Below, one piece after another: positions 23,016 through 36,576 of a stretch of 64,000 bases of DNA (its first letter is position 1; each line of letters starts with the position of its first letter). The position numbers and the translations under genes were made by a program. The stretch is from Azolla caroliniana (lineage: Eukaryota > Plantae > Polypodiophyta), in NCBI GenBank assembly GCA_043228905.1, contig JBHGNT010000001.1, positions 19,902,001-19,966,000 on the forward strand, in the 5' to 3' direction. The notes beneath the pieces were generated by a model, which worked only from the letters and a program-made list of their open reading frames with translations, did not search any database and had not been told where the DNA came from.

Positions 23016-26000
23016 TGTTGACTGGACAAGCTCAACCAGATCCAGATCAGCTCAATAAGTCGGAGACGGATTGGTATCCAAAACGGAGAACCGAATAGGT
23101 ATCCGAATCGGTGTCCAGAACCAAGAGCAGGAACGGTTTGTAACCGGTAGGCTGTTAGAGGCCTACAATCTTAGCCTAGTATGTAGGCATATTCCTTGGA
23201 GTTAGTGGAAGTCGCTCGTATGAGCATTGAAGTACCTGTTAGTACTTTTATCAGTCTTGTTAAGGACTTGTATAAAAAGTGTTTAGTAGGACATTTGTAT
23301 GTACAGAGTGTTAGTATTTTGAATTGAGTTCATGTTGTTTTGCACTCTCTGACTGTGTTTTGTGAAGCTTTCATTAAACCTGCGCTCTTTCTGTTTCTAT
23401 CAGGGTGAAGCGGTTTTTGAAAGATTCTGCATATTAACTTTGACATGGTATCAGAGCACGAGGGTTGAGAACCTCTGCTGCCAACATTTGCTCGAATCGG
23501 ACAAACCCTAATCATCGGTAAAGAATAGAAGAGAGAAGAGAAATATGGACAAAAGCATGGCGAGCTCGCTCCTTACCGAAAAGCTCGACCAAAGAAACTA
23601 TGTGTCCTGGTCGTATAAAATGCACCAATACCTGCTAGGGCACGGATACTTGAGCTACGTTGAAGGAGAAAATGTAGCAGTGTCGGATTCGGCACACAAG
23701 GAGTGAGCAAAGTGTTGGACTGCCTCACAACCTGTGTGCACCACCAGATGCTCGACTACATCAGAGATGCAAACTCGTTGAAGGAGGCCTGGGAAAATCT
23801 CCAGAAGATGTTTCCCGCAAGTACGGTGGCTTGGAAGTTGTAGCTCCGGCAAGAGCTGAATAGTATTCGGTAACGGGACCTGATGGTTACCGACTACACC
23901 ACCAAGATCAAGGAGATCTACGATGTGCTCGGGTCCATCAATGTGATGGTGGAAGAAGACGAGATGTTCTAGATCTTCCTTGGTTGTCTAGCACATCGGT
24001 ACGGGCAAATCCGGATGGCGATTTGCACCTTGGAGAAGCCACTGTCCTTCTTTGACCTACAATTGATGCTGATGGCCGAAGAAAAACCATGCGAGGACCA
24101 CTCAATTGGACAACCAAATGTTGTAAACGGAGGCGGATCGGCCCCATGGGCATGGAGGACAAGGTGGGTCGGCACGCAATACCTCCACAAGCAGAACTGG
24201 AGGCACAGAGATGGTGCCGACATCAGTTCCAGAACCTCCACAAGCAGGAGGAGTCAAATCGGAGACGGAAACCGGCAAGGGAAGGCCAACACGGAATGTT
24301 GGTATTGTGGCAAGAAAGGCCACCGGGAGAGCGATTGCTGGAAGAAACGCGCCGATTCAGATAAATGGAGATCTGGCGAGACCGGACAAGGGAACCGGCA
24401 AAGCTCGCACTACGTTGAAGGATCGGAAGGATTCGGGACCAGAAAGACCAGAAAAGGCCAGCCTTCATGATGAAACACAAGGTGAACTCTATGAAGAAGA
24501 CCACTTCCGAATCGGAGGAAGTGTGGTATGTTGACTCTGGAGCGTCTAACCACATGACAAGCCACGAAGAGTGGTTCTGGTTTTTGGAAAATCCGGAGCA
24601 ACTAGAAGTTGTCGAGACTAGAGAGAACAGTCCTCACCCGATCGTGCATGTCGGATAAGTTCCCTTGATTCATGTCGGACAAAAAGGGAAGCTTGTGAAC
24701 GTGCTTCACATCCTGACAATCACAAAGAACCTGATCATCAACCAGGGAATGCAGGTGACATTTACACACCTCAGGTGCTTCATCGAGGAAGAGGGCCAAG
24801 TCATCGTGCAAGGGCGCCGAGACGGGAAGATGTCCGTACTCGACACCAACGACGTTGGCACCACTTTATTTGCAAAGGGTCAAAAGGTCGAGTCAGATAT
24901 CAACTTATGGCACAAGTGGATTGGCCACGTCAACTACCAGAGCCTTGAAGATCTGCAATCAAAACATGTGGTTTTCGGATTGCCAAAATTCAGTGGCCAG
25001 AAGGCCCATTTTTGTGAAGCTTGATAGCTCGAGAAGCAACAATGGCTTCCGTTCCCCACTAAAAGAAACCGGTGCCACATAAAGCTCGACTTGATACATT
25101 CGAATGTATGGGGAATGACATAGAACATTAGTCTTGGCAGGAGCCGATATTTTGTCTCCTTCATCAGCAACTACAACGGACAAACATGGATCTATCTCAT
25201 CGAGAAGAAGAGCAAAGTCTTCGACTGTTTCTGGAACCTACAAAGCCTTGTCGAACAAGAAACATAGAGAAAGATCAAGTGTTTGTGATCGAATGGCAAA
25301 AAAGAATACTATCCTCACCAATTCAACAGTTACTTGCAGCAAAAGGGAATTCAGAGAAAATTCAATTGCAGATACCCACCGGAACAAAATGGTGTAGCCG
25401 AAAGGAAAAATCGATCGATTGTGGAGGCGGCACGGGTGATGCTGAAGGAGAAAAGCATTCCCAAGTTCTACTAGGCTGAGGTGGTCCGGCCGGCTGTCAT
25501 CATCCAAAACCGGATCAGGGATAAGGTGTCAGCACACGAACTATATTTCTGGCGGAAACCGAATTAAAGGCACCTTGGGATATTCGGTAGCATAGCCTAT
25601 GTGCATGTACCAGATGAGAAGTAGAGAAAGTTGGATCCAATGTCGGAAACAGGGCATTTTGGTCGGCTACTCTCATGAGCAGAAGGGGTACAAGAGCTAC
25701 AACCCCCGGTCTAAACAAGTACAAGTAAGCCAAGATGTTGAATTTGACGAGTCGGCGTCATGGTACACTCTACCAACTCCGACCACCGACTCCGACCCGA
25801 TTCCGGAGGATGAGGCCAATGAGCTTGAAACAATCCATGCAGAAGAGGAAGAGGAGTTTGGTACTCTAGATGAGACTCTGATCTCATTTCAGCTCAGCGG
25901 GCCAAATGAGCGACTAAGTCAGAACGACCAGTCAGATGACGAGCCGGGGAGTAGTGGAGACTCAACCATGCTTTCCCTACGCGAGGAACCGAGGAGCCAG

Positions 26001-27355
26001 TTCACACGCAAGTAAAAAGGGAAGAAGAAGATGTCGGAATATGACACCGGTAGAGATAAGTCGAATCAGCATGAATCTGACTTTGGACAACACGAAGACA
26101 GACCTTCAAAGAAGAAGTCCGAACCAGCCAAGCGGGCCTTAAAATCGGCTAATGAGAAGTTACGCTGATCAACCCCACCAGAAGAACCCCGTCAAACGGT
26201 ATGGGTATAAGGAGTATATGGTGCATCATTATGCATACATGAAAAAGGTGGTGGAAGTGTGTGAGCCAGAGACCTATGCAGAGGCAACAAAAGACGCGAA
26301 TTGGTCTGCTGCAATGGACAAAGAGATGCAAGCACTCGATGGCAACAACACATGGAACCTACTTGACCGTCCCCGACACTGCAAACCGATCAGCTCCAAA
26401 TGGGTGTTCAAGGTGAAATACAATGTCAGCGGTTCGGTCAACCGGTATAAGGCCCGGTTAGTAGCCAAAGGATATGCGCAGATCCAAGGAATCAATTACG
26501 ATGAGATTTTCGCCCCGGTGGCGAAGATCAAAACGGTTTGTGTGGTGCTAGCGGTTGTTGTAGCAAAGGGGTGGCATCTTCACCAAATAGATGTGACGAA
26601 TACATTTCTTCAAGGTCACCTACATGATACAACTATTAGATTTATGTTCTAATGTAACCATATGATTGTTCTAATGTAAGCATATGATAAGGATAAAAGA
26701 TATATGAAATAACAAAGGAGAGAGAGAAACAATGGTGTTGATCAACCCAACCACCCCCAAGAGAAGGGATCGAGACGGACTCGAGCCTCAATCGACGTCC
26801 CATACTGTTGGGAAATCGGTCCCTCCGGATGGGATCCGGTTATGAATGAAGAGGACCCGGTGAGAATCGGAAGAGAAGACATATTTGTAAATATGTTTTG
26901 AGTAAGCCTATTGAGGCTATATTTGTAAATATCCCTAAGTTCATATAAGTATAAATATGACTTAGGGCACTTCGGATAGGTATCCGGATCAGTGTCCAGA
27001 ACCAAGAGTTGGATCGGAGAGACGGATCGGTTTATAACTGGTAGGCTGTTAGAGGCCTACAATCTTAGCTTAGTATGTAGGCATATTCCTTGGAGTTAGT
27101 GGTAGTTGCTCGTATAAGCATTGAAGTACATGTCAGTACTTCTGTTAGTTCTGTTAAGCTCTTGTATAAAAAGTGTTCAATAGGACATTTGTATGTACAT
27201 AGTATTATTATTTTGAATTTAGTTCATGCTATTTTGCACTTTTTGTCTCTCCCACTCCCTAAATATGTTTTGTGAAGCTTCCATTAAACATGTGCTCTTT
27301 CTGTTATTATGAGGGTGAACCGTTTTGTCAAAGCTTCCGCATATTAACTTTCATA
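23016..27355 (+). mobile_element. Copia family A copy 3; RT/RH deleted
   Basis: 5' LTR 23016-23445; PBS TGGTATCAGAGC 23446-23457; partial 3' LTR about 26970-27355; imperfect TSD GGCAT/GCCAT; gag, CCHC, PR, INT and RT fragments. Confidence 0.9.
26806..26969 (+). repeat. Truncated LTR of copia family B
   Basis: tgttgggaaatcggtccctccggat...gacttagggca matches the LTRs starting at 47385 and 63626. Confidence 0.85.
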
Positions 27356-27908
27356 GCCATGTACCTGCACTGAAAAGGAGTGTGGTCTCAATCGGCATGT
27401 TATAGGAAGATGGGTACATGACGATTCTGAGTGAGTCGACATGGATGAACAACTACAGAAATCTAAAGATCGAAAACGAACACAAGTAGAATAACTTGTA
27501 TCCAATAATGGCGATCAATCCAGAAGGAGTCGTGAACGTAGTCGAAAAGACCGACCCGAACCTATGATATGACTGACTCAACCATATGTCCTGAGCTGGA
27601 CTCGATCAGTTGATGGCGATTGGCTTCATTCCTAAACTCCAAGCAAAGACAGACTTCTGTGAGTATTGTCGATACGAGAAACAGACCTGAAGTCCACACT
27701 CTCTCCACTACGAGATGGTACGACCACCCCTAGAGCTCATGCACACAGATATATGTGGGCGTATGCCTGAGCGATCACTAGGAGGCTCCTGGTACTTCAT
27801 CACATTTGTAGATGACTGTACACGGAAGGTCTGGGTCTACTCTATGAGGTCGAAAGATAAAGCCCTCGAGGTCTTCACTCGGTGGATAGTTGAAGTGGAG
27901 AACCGGTC

Positions 27909-28352
27909 GAGGACCAAGTTGGCACCCCATGCAACAAAATGCATATTTCTAGGTTATGGAACCGATGGGGAATTCGGCTACAGGCTATGGGACCCAAAGA
28001 ACTAGAAGTTGATCTGACGCAATGATGTATTCTTCAATGAAGACTCTATTCTCTCTAAACGGAATCAACAGACAACAATGAGCCTTCAAACAGTACCTGT
28101 CCGACAAAGGGATCTGGCATCAATAGACCGTTCCATACACACCCATGCAGAATGGAGTTCCATACATTCCCATGGAGAAGAGGACCAAGTTGGCACCCCA
28201 TGCAACAAAATGCATATTTCTAGGTTATGGAACTGATGGGGAATTCGGCTATAGGCTATGGGACCCAAAGAACTAGAAGTTGATCTGACGCAATGATTTA
28301 TTCTTTAATGAAGACTCTATTCTCTCTAAACGAAATCAACAGACAACAATGG
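27909..28352 (+). repeat. About 170-bp direct duplication in family C integrase
   Basis: gaggaccaagttggcacccc...cagacaacaatg at about 27909-28080 and 28180-28351. Confidence 0.85.
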
Positions 28353-30879
28353 GTTAAAAGGTCTCTTTCAAAATCGTCAGAGACGTCGTAGAAAGACCGA
28401 CCCACCGAGCCGAATCGGCGATTCCACAAACACTCGAAATTGGCCAAGTCGATGCCACCCCTACGAAACCTGAATCGGCAAGAGGTCCAGTAGTTGAAAA
28501 TGGGTCATCTACATGATTAAGAAGAACTGACAAGGACAATATATCCAAGGCAAAAGCTGCCATGTCAATCAATCCCAAAGAAGAGGAGGATGATGGGACA
28601 CTGCCAAAATCCCTCTACAAGGGTGAGTCATCCTACAGGACTCCTAACCATCAGTGGTTCAACAAATACCGATCGAAGGATCCGAACCAATCACTTTGGG
28701 GCCCAGGAGATCCAAACCAATTCAAAGGTCAACAGAGTTCTATCAACCAGGCCTTGGCTATGTCAACTACACTAATGCAGGCGAACCAAGCACATACGAA
28801 GAAGTTATAGCCACATCAGACACTGATACATGGCTACAAGCCATGCAATCCGAGATGGACTTCATTCGACAGACTCAAACATGAGAGTTGGTCGGACTAC
28901 CAACATGAAGGAAGCCGCTACCCTAAGAATAACGTGACACCACTGAAATCCCTCTACAGGGCGAGTCATCCAACATGATCCACGCAACAGTTGCACTGCC
29001 TAGAGAGAACATGAATCGAGATGTTGATTGTTGATCCGACATATCTCCGACCCAGTCGGCATTTGTATATCTGACTAGCTTCTCGATCATACCGTGTGGG
29101 TATAACAGTCCCTTGTCCTTAGTACCACTAACATACCCAAGTATCCGGTGCGCGCACTGAAGGTTCTCCATGGTTGGCTTTTGCATGAATTGATTGATCG
29201 CTCTGACCAGATAGCTTATGTCTAGATAGGTGATTGTCAGATAAATAAGGCTTTCCACAAATTGTCGGAACCGTTTCTTGTCGCAGGACGGTCCGGAGTC
29301 GGGACAAAGCTTTAGGTTCCGGTCCAGGGGTGTGGAGACTGGTCGGCAATCCGTCATACTGAACTTGTACAATATATTCAACACATAATGTCGTTGAGAT
29401 AACAATATGTTGTCGGGGGTGTGAATCACCTCGATCCCAAGTAATAAAGGTCCCATAGGTCCTTCATTTCGAATGTGTCCGACAGCTGGGACTTCACTCG
29501 ATCGATTTCAACAAGTTCGGGTCCGATGATGACTAGATCATCTACATAAATAGGATACATATCGCACCTTCTAGACCTTTCTGGATCAACATGGAAGAGT
29601 CTGACTTTGAGACCGCAAACCCCATCTTACGCAACCGGTGCGTGATCTTCAAATTCCACGCATGGGGGGCTTGGTTCAAGTCATAAAGGGACTTTTTGAG
29701 TCGACACACTGCCAAACCTGTTCTTCAAGATTGCCTTGAAGAAATGCATTCTTCATGTCCATTTGATGAAGAAGCCACCCCATTGCCGCAACAACCAGTA
29801 GCACCACACAAACTGTCATCATCTTTGCTATGGAAGCGAAGGTCTCGTCGTTGTCGATTCCATGGGTCTGTGCGTATCCTTTGGCCATGAACCGAGCCTT
29901 GTACACCCCCTTGCAACCAATCGGCTTGCAATGTCGGGGAGGGTCAACCAAGTCCCATGGTGCCCACATCTCTTCCTCCATAGCGGCACGCTAATGTGCG
30001 TCCATCGTCGCTTCTACGTAGCTCTCCGGCTCACACACTATTGCCACTTTTGTCTTGTACGCATAGTGATGCACCATGTACACATTATATCCGTACCTTT
30101 TTACGAGGTTCTTTTGACGGGTGGATTAGCGTAACTTGTCATTAGCCGATTTCAGGGCCCTCTTGGCTGGCTCGGATGTCATTCCTGACGGTTCTTCTTC
30201 GTTCTTTCCAGAGTCGGATTCGCTCAGATTCGACTCTTCTTTGTCGATGTCTTATTCCGGCATCTTCTTCTTCCCCATTCCCTTGAGTGTGAACCGTCTC
30301 CTCGGTTTGTTGCGTGGGGAGAGCACGCCCGAGTCTTCACTACTCACTGCCTCATCATCTTGTTGGTCCTTCCGACTCAGTGCTTCATTCGGCCCGCTTA
30401 GCCGGAATGAGATCGAACTCTCATCAAGAGTACCAAAGTCTTCTTCTTCTTCTGCCCGTATCATTTCTGGCTCACTGGCCTCATCCTCCGGAATCGGGTC
30501 GGAGTACCATGATGCCGATTCATCAAACTCGACATCTCGACTTATTCAGCTTGTCTTTGTCTGAGGTTATAGCACTTATAACCCTTTTTCTCACGTGAGT
30601 AGTCGACAAGGATGTACTTTTCTGACTTTAGGTCCAACTTTCTCCGCTTCTCATCCGACACATGCACATAGGCAATGCTACTAAATATCTTAAGGCGCCT
30701 TAAATTTGGCATACGCCCGAAATATAGCTCGTGTGCTGACACCTTATCCCCGATCCGGTTTTGAATGTAGACGGCTGTCTCGACTGCCTCAACCCAGTAG
30801 AACTTGGGCATGCTCTTCTCCTCCAGCATTATGCGTGCCACGTTGACAAACAATCGGTTCTTTCTTTCGTCCACACCAT

Positions 30880-31532
30880 TGTCGCGTTGTTACACATGTG
30901 CGTGGAGAAAGAGGTGGGACCACGGGGGTCTCGGACCAAGGAGAGAGAGAGAGAGAGATGCAAGTACACAGAGAGAGATTAAGAGCAAGAAAAACAGGAA
31001 TCTGATTACTATAGTCAGTAGCTTACAACCGGCAACTCGGTAATGGACCCGACACGGGGTCCTACTCACACACACCGACGACAGCCACACGACTCGAAGA
31101 AACAAGAGGGGAAAGGGGAAGGAGAGAGACTTTGCTAGAAGCACACGGGCTGTCCACGAAGCAGAGGCAGCGAACTCCCGTCACCCGTAGAGAACGACGA
31201 TTTGAGGACAGAGAGAGACTAGCACTCGGTTCTGCCGCAGCACTTTGTCCTCGCCAACGCGTGATCCCTTCTCCCCTTTCTCTCCTCTCCTTAAATAGTT
31301 CCCAAAAGGGGGTGCCCTTTCTCCCTAGTCAAATCGCTTTATTCCTTGTCTCTTCGGACAGAGATACGCACAATCCCCTAATAAATGTGTACTACTTAGT
31401 ATTTACATCAGCTAATCCATTTATGAATCATGTACAAAATATCAAAATATCAATTCATGCGCCCATCCGTGTAAGAGCCGGTTCATGCGCCTTTTTCTCC
31501 GATTCCGCCTATGCCCGGTTTTCTTCACGACT
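30880..31532 (-). repeat. Solo LTR (gypsy type, related to 580-1191)
   Basis: Termini tgtcgcg...cacgac(t); host integrase rejoins across it; probable 4-bp TSD CCAT/CCGT. Confidence 0.8.
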
Positions 31533-33782
31533 CCGTTTTGTTCTGCTGTGTATCGGCAACTGAATTCTCTGTGAATTCCCATTTGTTGCAGATAACTGTT
31601 GAATTGGCCGGAAAAGTATTCTTTTCCGTAATTCGACTGCAGGCACTTGATCTTCCTTTCTGTGTACTGTTCGACTAAGCTCTGCATGTTTCCTTTCGAT
31701 TAGGTAGATCCACGTGTGCCGACTGTAGTCGTCGATGAAGGAAACGAAATATCGGCTCCCACCAAGACTAATGTTTTGTGTCGGTCCCCATACATCCGAA
31801 TGTATCAAGTCGAGCTTGTTATGGTTTCAGTTTCTTTTGGTGGGGAATGGAAGCCAGTGTTGCTTCCCAAGCTAGTAGGCTTCACATATTTGGGTCGTCC
31901 GGCCACTGAATTTCGGCAATCCGAAAACAACTTGTTTCGATTGCAGGTCTGGAAGCCTCAGGTAACTGACATAGCCAATCCTCTTGTGCCACAGATCGAT
32001 ATCTGACTCGATCTTCTTACCCTTTGCGAACAAACCAATGCCTATGTCGTTGGTGTTGAGGATGGACATCCTCCGTCTCTGCGCCCTTGCGCAATAATAT
32101 TTACCTCTTCCTCAATGAAGCACCCGAGGTGTGTAAACTGCACCTGCATCCTCCCCTCGTCGACGATCTATCTGACCGACACCAGGTTCTTTGTGAATGT
32201 CAAAACATGTAGTACGTTCATCAGATTTCCCTTTTGTCCGACATGGATTAAAGGGGCTTCTCCGACATGCACAATCAGGTGAGGAGTGTCGTCTCCGGTT
32301 TCGACAACTCTCGGTTGCTCCGGTTTTTCCAAAACCGAGACCCACTCTTCATGGCTCGTCATGTGGTTTGATGCTCCAGAGTCAACGTACCACACTTCCT
32401 CCGATCCGGAATTGGTCTTCTTCATTGAGTTCGTCTTGTGCTTCATCACAAAGGTTGGCCCTTTTCGGTCTTTCCGGTTCAGATTCCTTCCAATCCTTCA
32501 GTGTAGGGCGAGCTATGTCGGTTCCCTTGTCTGGCATTACTAGATCCGGATTTATCCAAATTGGCGCACTTCTTCTAGCACTCGCTCTCACAGTGGCCTT
32601 TCCTGCCACAATACCAGCATTCCATGTCGGCCTTCCCTTGCCGATTTCCGGCGCCGCTTTGACTCCTCCTGCTTATGGAGGGTCTGGAACTTCTGTCGGC
32701 ACCATCTCTGTGCCTCCAATTCTGCTCTTGTCAACCGCTCTTGGGGTAGTTGTGGTTCGTGCGGCGAAGTCGCAGGGACTAAGGTTAAAGGAAGTTGGCT
32801 ATATATTTTATAAGGCTTGTGCGTTGATGTTAGAAAGATTAAGGATAGGAAGACAAAGTAACGTTTGTGAGAGCGACGAGCATAGATAAAAAATAGAGAC
32901 AATGTATGATTTAAGAAGCAAGATTATATGATATGAACATAATTTATATTAAGGAACACGATTTTACCAACTTTACAATGCTTGATTTGAACCCTTGACT
33001 TCAACACCGAGAGACAAGAAACTTCCCCAAATGAGCTAACTTCTTTGCTTGATTATGTTATTTGATTTCTTACTTTTTCTTCTTGATTGATTCCCCTGTT
33101 TTCCCTTGATTCATCCCTTAATTCCTTGCCTCTCTTTATAGGTTCTCTCATGCATATGATGATATGGGGGGTGCATGGCATGGATGTAATGCATTTGATG
33201 CATGATTGCCATTTGGAGCACATGCGTTACATGTGATGCATGATAGCGATCATGCTCATCTAAGCTCTAATGTATGAAGATACACATGTCATAAGTATGG
33301 AAATATAATTATAGAAAATAAATTATCCTAAAAGTATATACTTTGTGCTTGGTGTGTAAGGTTATGGGTTCGAGTCTCTCAAATGTTACTTAATACAATA
33401 CTAATTTTTTTTTTTATATTGTGAAGCAAATCCTTCACGACACCCACCCCCTCTGAACTTTCACATTGGATGTGTAACGTTCATCCAAAATCTTGAAAAA
33501 ACTCTTCATTCCCTTTCCGAATTGGATGTTCCCTCAAGCATTCTTTGTTTCTTTCATGGTTAGGCCTCACGGTTAGGAACTGGACAGTCTTTATTCCATC
33601 TTGACTCTTGATCCTTGTTAAAGCCGAGCCACATCAATCACCTTTGTTTCCATCCTTACTGCGGTGATATATGGTTGACCAAGCATGACAGGGTAGGTTG
33701 ATCGATCTTGTACAAAGAAATTTTGATCCACCGACACATCTCCAATTGTAACCTTGACATTGGGACTCGCTCTAAATAGATC

Positions 33783-34379
33783 CTACATAGTCTTTGTGGT
33801 AACTCTTATTTTCCACCCATGATTCTTGTTGATCGGCCACCATCCTTGAGCATAAAATTCCAATGAAATCATGTTAATCTCTGATCCATGATCGATCAAA
33901 GCAATACATGGAATTTGTTGCTCCTCAATTTTTGTAGGTGACTCTGTTGTTGCTCGAGCCCAATGGTCCCTTGTATAATGACTCCTATCCCCTTCATGAA
34001 TCCCAGCAAAAATTGCACCATTAATGGTGCCACGATCCAAATCTTGGAGTGTTGTTGCACACCCTCTCGTAACTTCTTCCATCAAATGTTTTATATTTGT
34101 CACAGCTTCTGTGTCCAAAGCAAGCTTGAAAGTTGGGTATGTCTTCCCTTTTACTTTATTAGCTTCTTTCGACAAAGGAGAATCCTTTTCAATCTCTCTT
34201 CTCTCTTGTTCTTGTGTCTCATACATTTTAGCTAGATTAGCCTCGTCAACCCTTTTTCGCTTCTCTTTCAATAGTACATCTTGTGCATCCACTTGGGCGA
34301 ATGTTGATAGTGCATCTCCCAGATGATTCCATCCAATGAAGTTTTGTATTTCATCACCCGCTATTTTTAATTCATCCAC
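33783..34379 (-). pseudogene. Gypsy gag C-terminus and aspartic protease remnant
   Basis: ORF contains CIALIDHGSEINMIS. Confidence 0.7.
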
Positions 34380-36576
34380 TCACACCTTCCCTTTTCTTTC
34401 ATACTCCATCACATAGTTCCAAAAGCTAGATCCACCATATGAGTCTTCTACTCGTAACCCTAAGGTTGTCATAGATTGCATCGCTTGAATTGTGTTTATC
34501 TCAGCATCGTTCTTTAGCTTTTTCATTCAACCTTGCCCGAAGTTGAGTAGGAGTGGTTGTCGTGTCTCGGTCGAGTGAATCTTACCATCTTGATAGTAGA
34601 TTGTGAAAAGAACAACGTGCGGAAGCAACAGAAAGCAGAACGTAGGAAAACACAGGTTTAATGGAGAGCTTGGACACACACACAGTATGCGGGAGAGATA
34701 GACAAAGAGAGTCAATACACACAACTCTATTAAAAAACAATACTCAGTCTATACATAGGATGTGCTCAGTGAGCACTTTTATACAAGTCCATACAGACTG
34801 ACAAAAGTAATGACACGTACTTCAATGCTCATAAATGAGCTCTACACTAACTCCCAAAATATATTCCTACTCGGAATATCTTTCCAACGGTCTCGCAATT
34901 TACGCACCGCTACGGCTTCTTGTTGCGCACCGGTTTGCGCACCGGTTTACGCACCGGTCTGGCCTAACCAATCGGTTCGAACCGATCCGGTTCTCGGCTT
35001 GCACAGCCGATCCGGCCAATGTTGAGCTTGTATCTCAACACTCCCCCTCAAGCTCAACTTGAGTCTCTTCTGGTTTTTCCGGATCACCGCTCCGGTTTCT
35101 TCTAGCTTCACGCCTTGCACGCGCTCCCTGACCTATTCGATTCCGCGCGCCTCGACCCTTCCGGTCGGCTTGTGTGCTCGTGCGGCCCTTCTCAGTTCCC
35201 TTGCTGTCACATTGTTGGCGCCTCCTCAGTTGCCCTTTCTTACGCTTGGCTCTTGGTTGATTCAGCGTCTTGGAATCAAACATCCGAACCGAATCGGCTT
35301 CCTCCGATCGGTTTTCGCTCTCATCCAAGTTGGCTTCATCTCCCCCACACTTGGTTGGCTTTGGCTCTTTCTTTTGACTGCGGCCCTCACGTCCGCTTTT
35401 GAACTCTTTCGCAGATCCACTCTCAGCTTCTTAGGCCGAAATTGAATTCGTCATCCGACTCGGCGTCATGGTCTCTTCCGCTCCTTTCCTGCTCCCTTCC
35501 GTGGTCTTCCGGGACTTCTCTCCCCCTCCAGTTCGGCACATCGAGGTGTCGCAACCCAAGTGCACTCAAGAATTGCCACAACTTGTCGAGACTAAGGGGC
35601 TTGGTGAAAATGTCAGCGGTTTGCCGATTCGTCGGAACATACTGAAGTTTGACTTCACCGGAGAGGACACGATCGCGGACAAAGTGGTAGTGCACCTCAA
35701 TGTGATTAGTCCGGGCATGGAAGACTGGGTTCTTCGCTAACTGGATGCTACTTAGGTTGTCGCAATAGATCATCGTCGGATCGAACACCTCCCCCTGTAG
35801 ATCCTTAAGTAGTCGTTTTAGCCAGATGGCTTCGCATGGTCTGACAGTCGCTCCTCTATACTCGGCATCGGTGCTCGATAGTGCAACAATCGGCTACTTC
35901 TTGCTACTCCACGCGATCGCAACGCTCCCAAGAGAGAACGTGAATCTGGATGTGGATCGGCGATCGCCGGCATTTCCGGCCCAATCAACATCAGTGTAAC
36001 CGACTAACTGCGCGGCAATATCGGTCCGATATAGTAGCCCCCGGTCCTTAGTGACACTGGCGTACCGGAGTACGCGTTGTGTGCATTGAAGGTGCTCCTC
36101 GGTTGGCCGCGCCATGAACTGACTAATCACATCGACCGAGTAACTGAGGTCTAGTCGAGTGATATTCAAGTAGATGAGGCTTCCGACAATCTGTCGGAAC
36201 CTCTTCGGGTTGCAAACCTTTCCGGAGTCGAGGCGAAGGTTGACGGTTCTATCCAGAGGAGTCAAGACGGACTTACAATCTGCCATCCTGAACTTGAAGA
36301 GCATACCCAACACGCAATGCCGTTGGCTGATCCGTATGCCTTCGGGGTATGGATCACTTCGATCCCGAGAAAGTAATGAAGGTTCCCCAGGTCCTTCATG
36401 TCAAATGATGCCGCAAGCTAGAGTCATCAACATAAAGTAAAATACTAACCGGCCCAGGTCGACCTTGCCGAATGAACAGTGAAGAATCTGATTTGGTCGT
36501 TGCAAATCCCATCCGACGCAATCGCTGCGTGATTTTCGCGTTCCAAGCACGCAGGGCTTGCTTTAGTCCGTAAAGG

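Larger units (their letters stand above)
21526..28925 (+). mobile_element. Copia family C (Tork-like), 3'-truncated; interrupted by copia A copy 3
   Basis: LTR about 21526-21809; degenerate PBS tcgtatcagagc near 21815; gag MASTSSTGLEIRKFNGKN; PR WLLDSSATFH; frame QVRH|VPALK resumes at 27361; INT LELMHTDICG; RT start WLQAMQSEMD. Confidence 0.8.

Noticed and set aside
32197-32889. 230-aa plus-strand ORF
   Set aside because: Antisense to copia gag/PR and crosses into an LTR; no recognisable domain.
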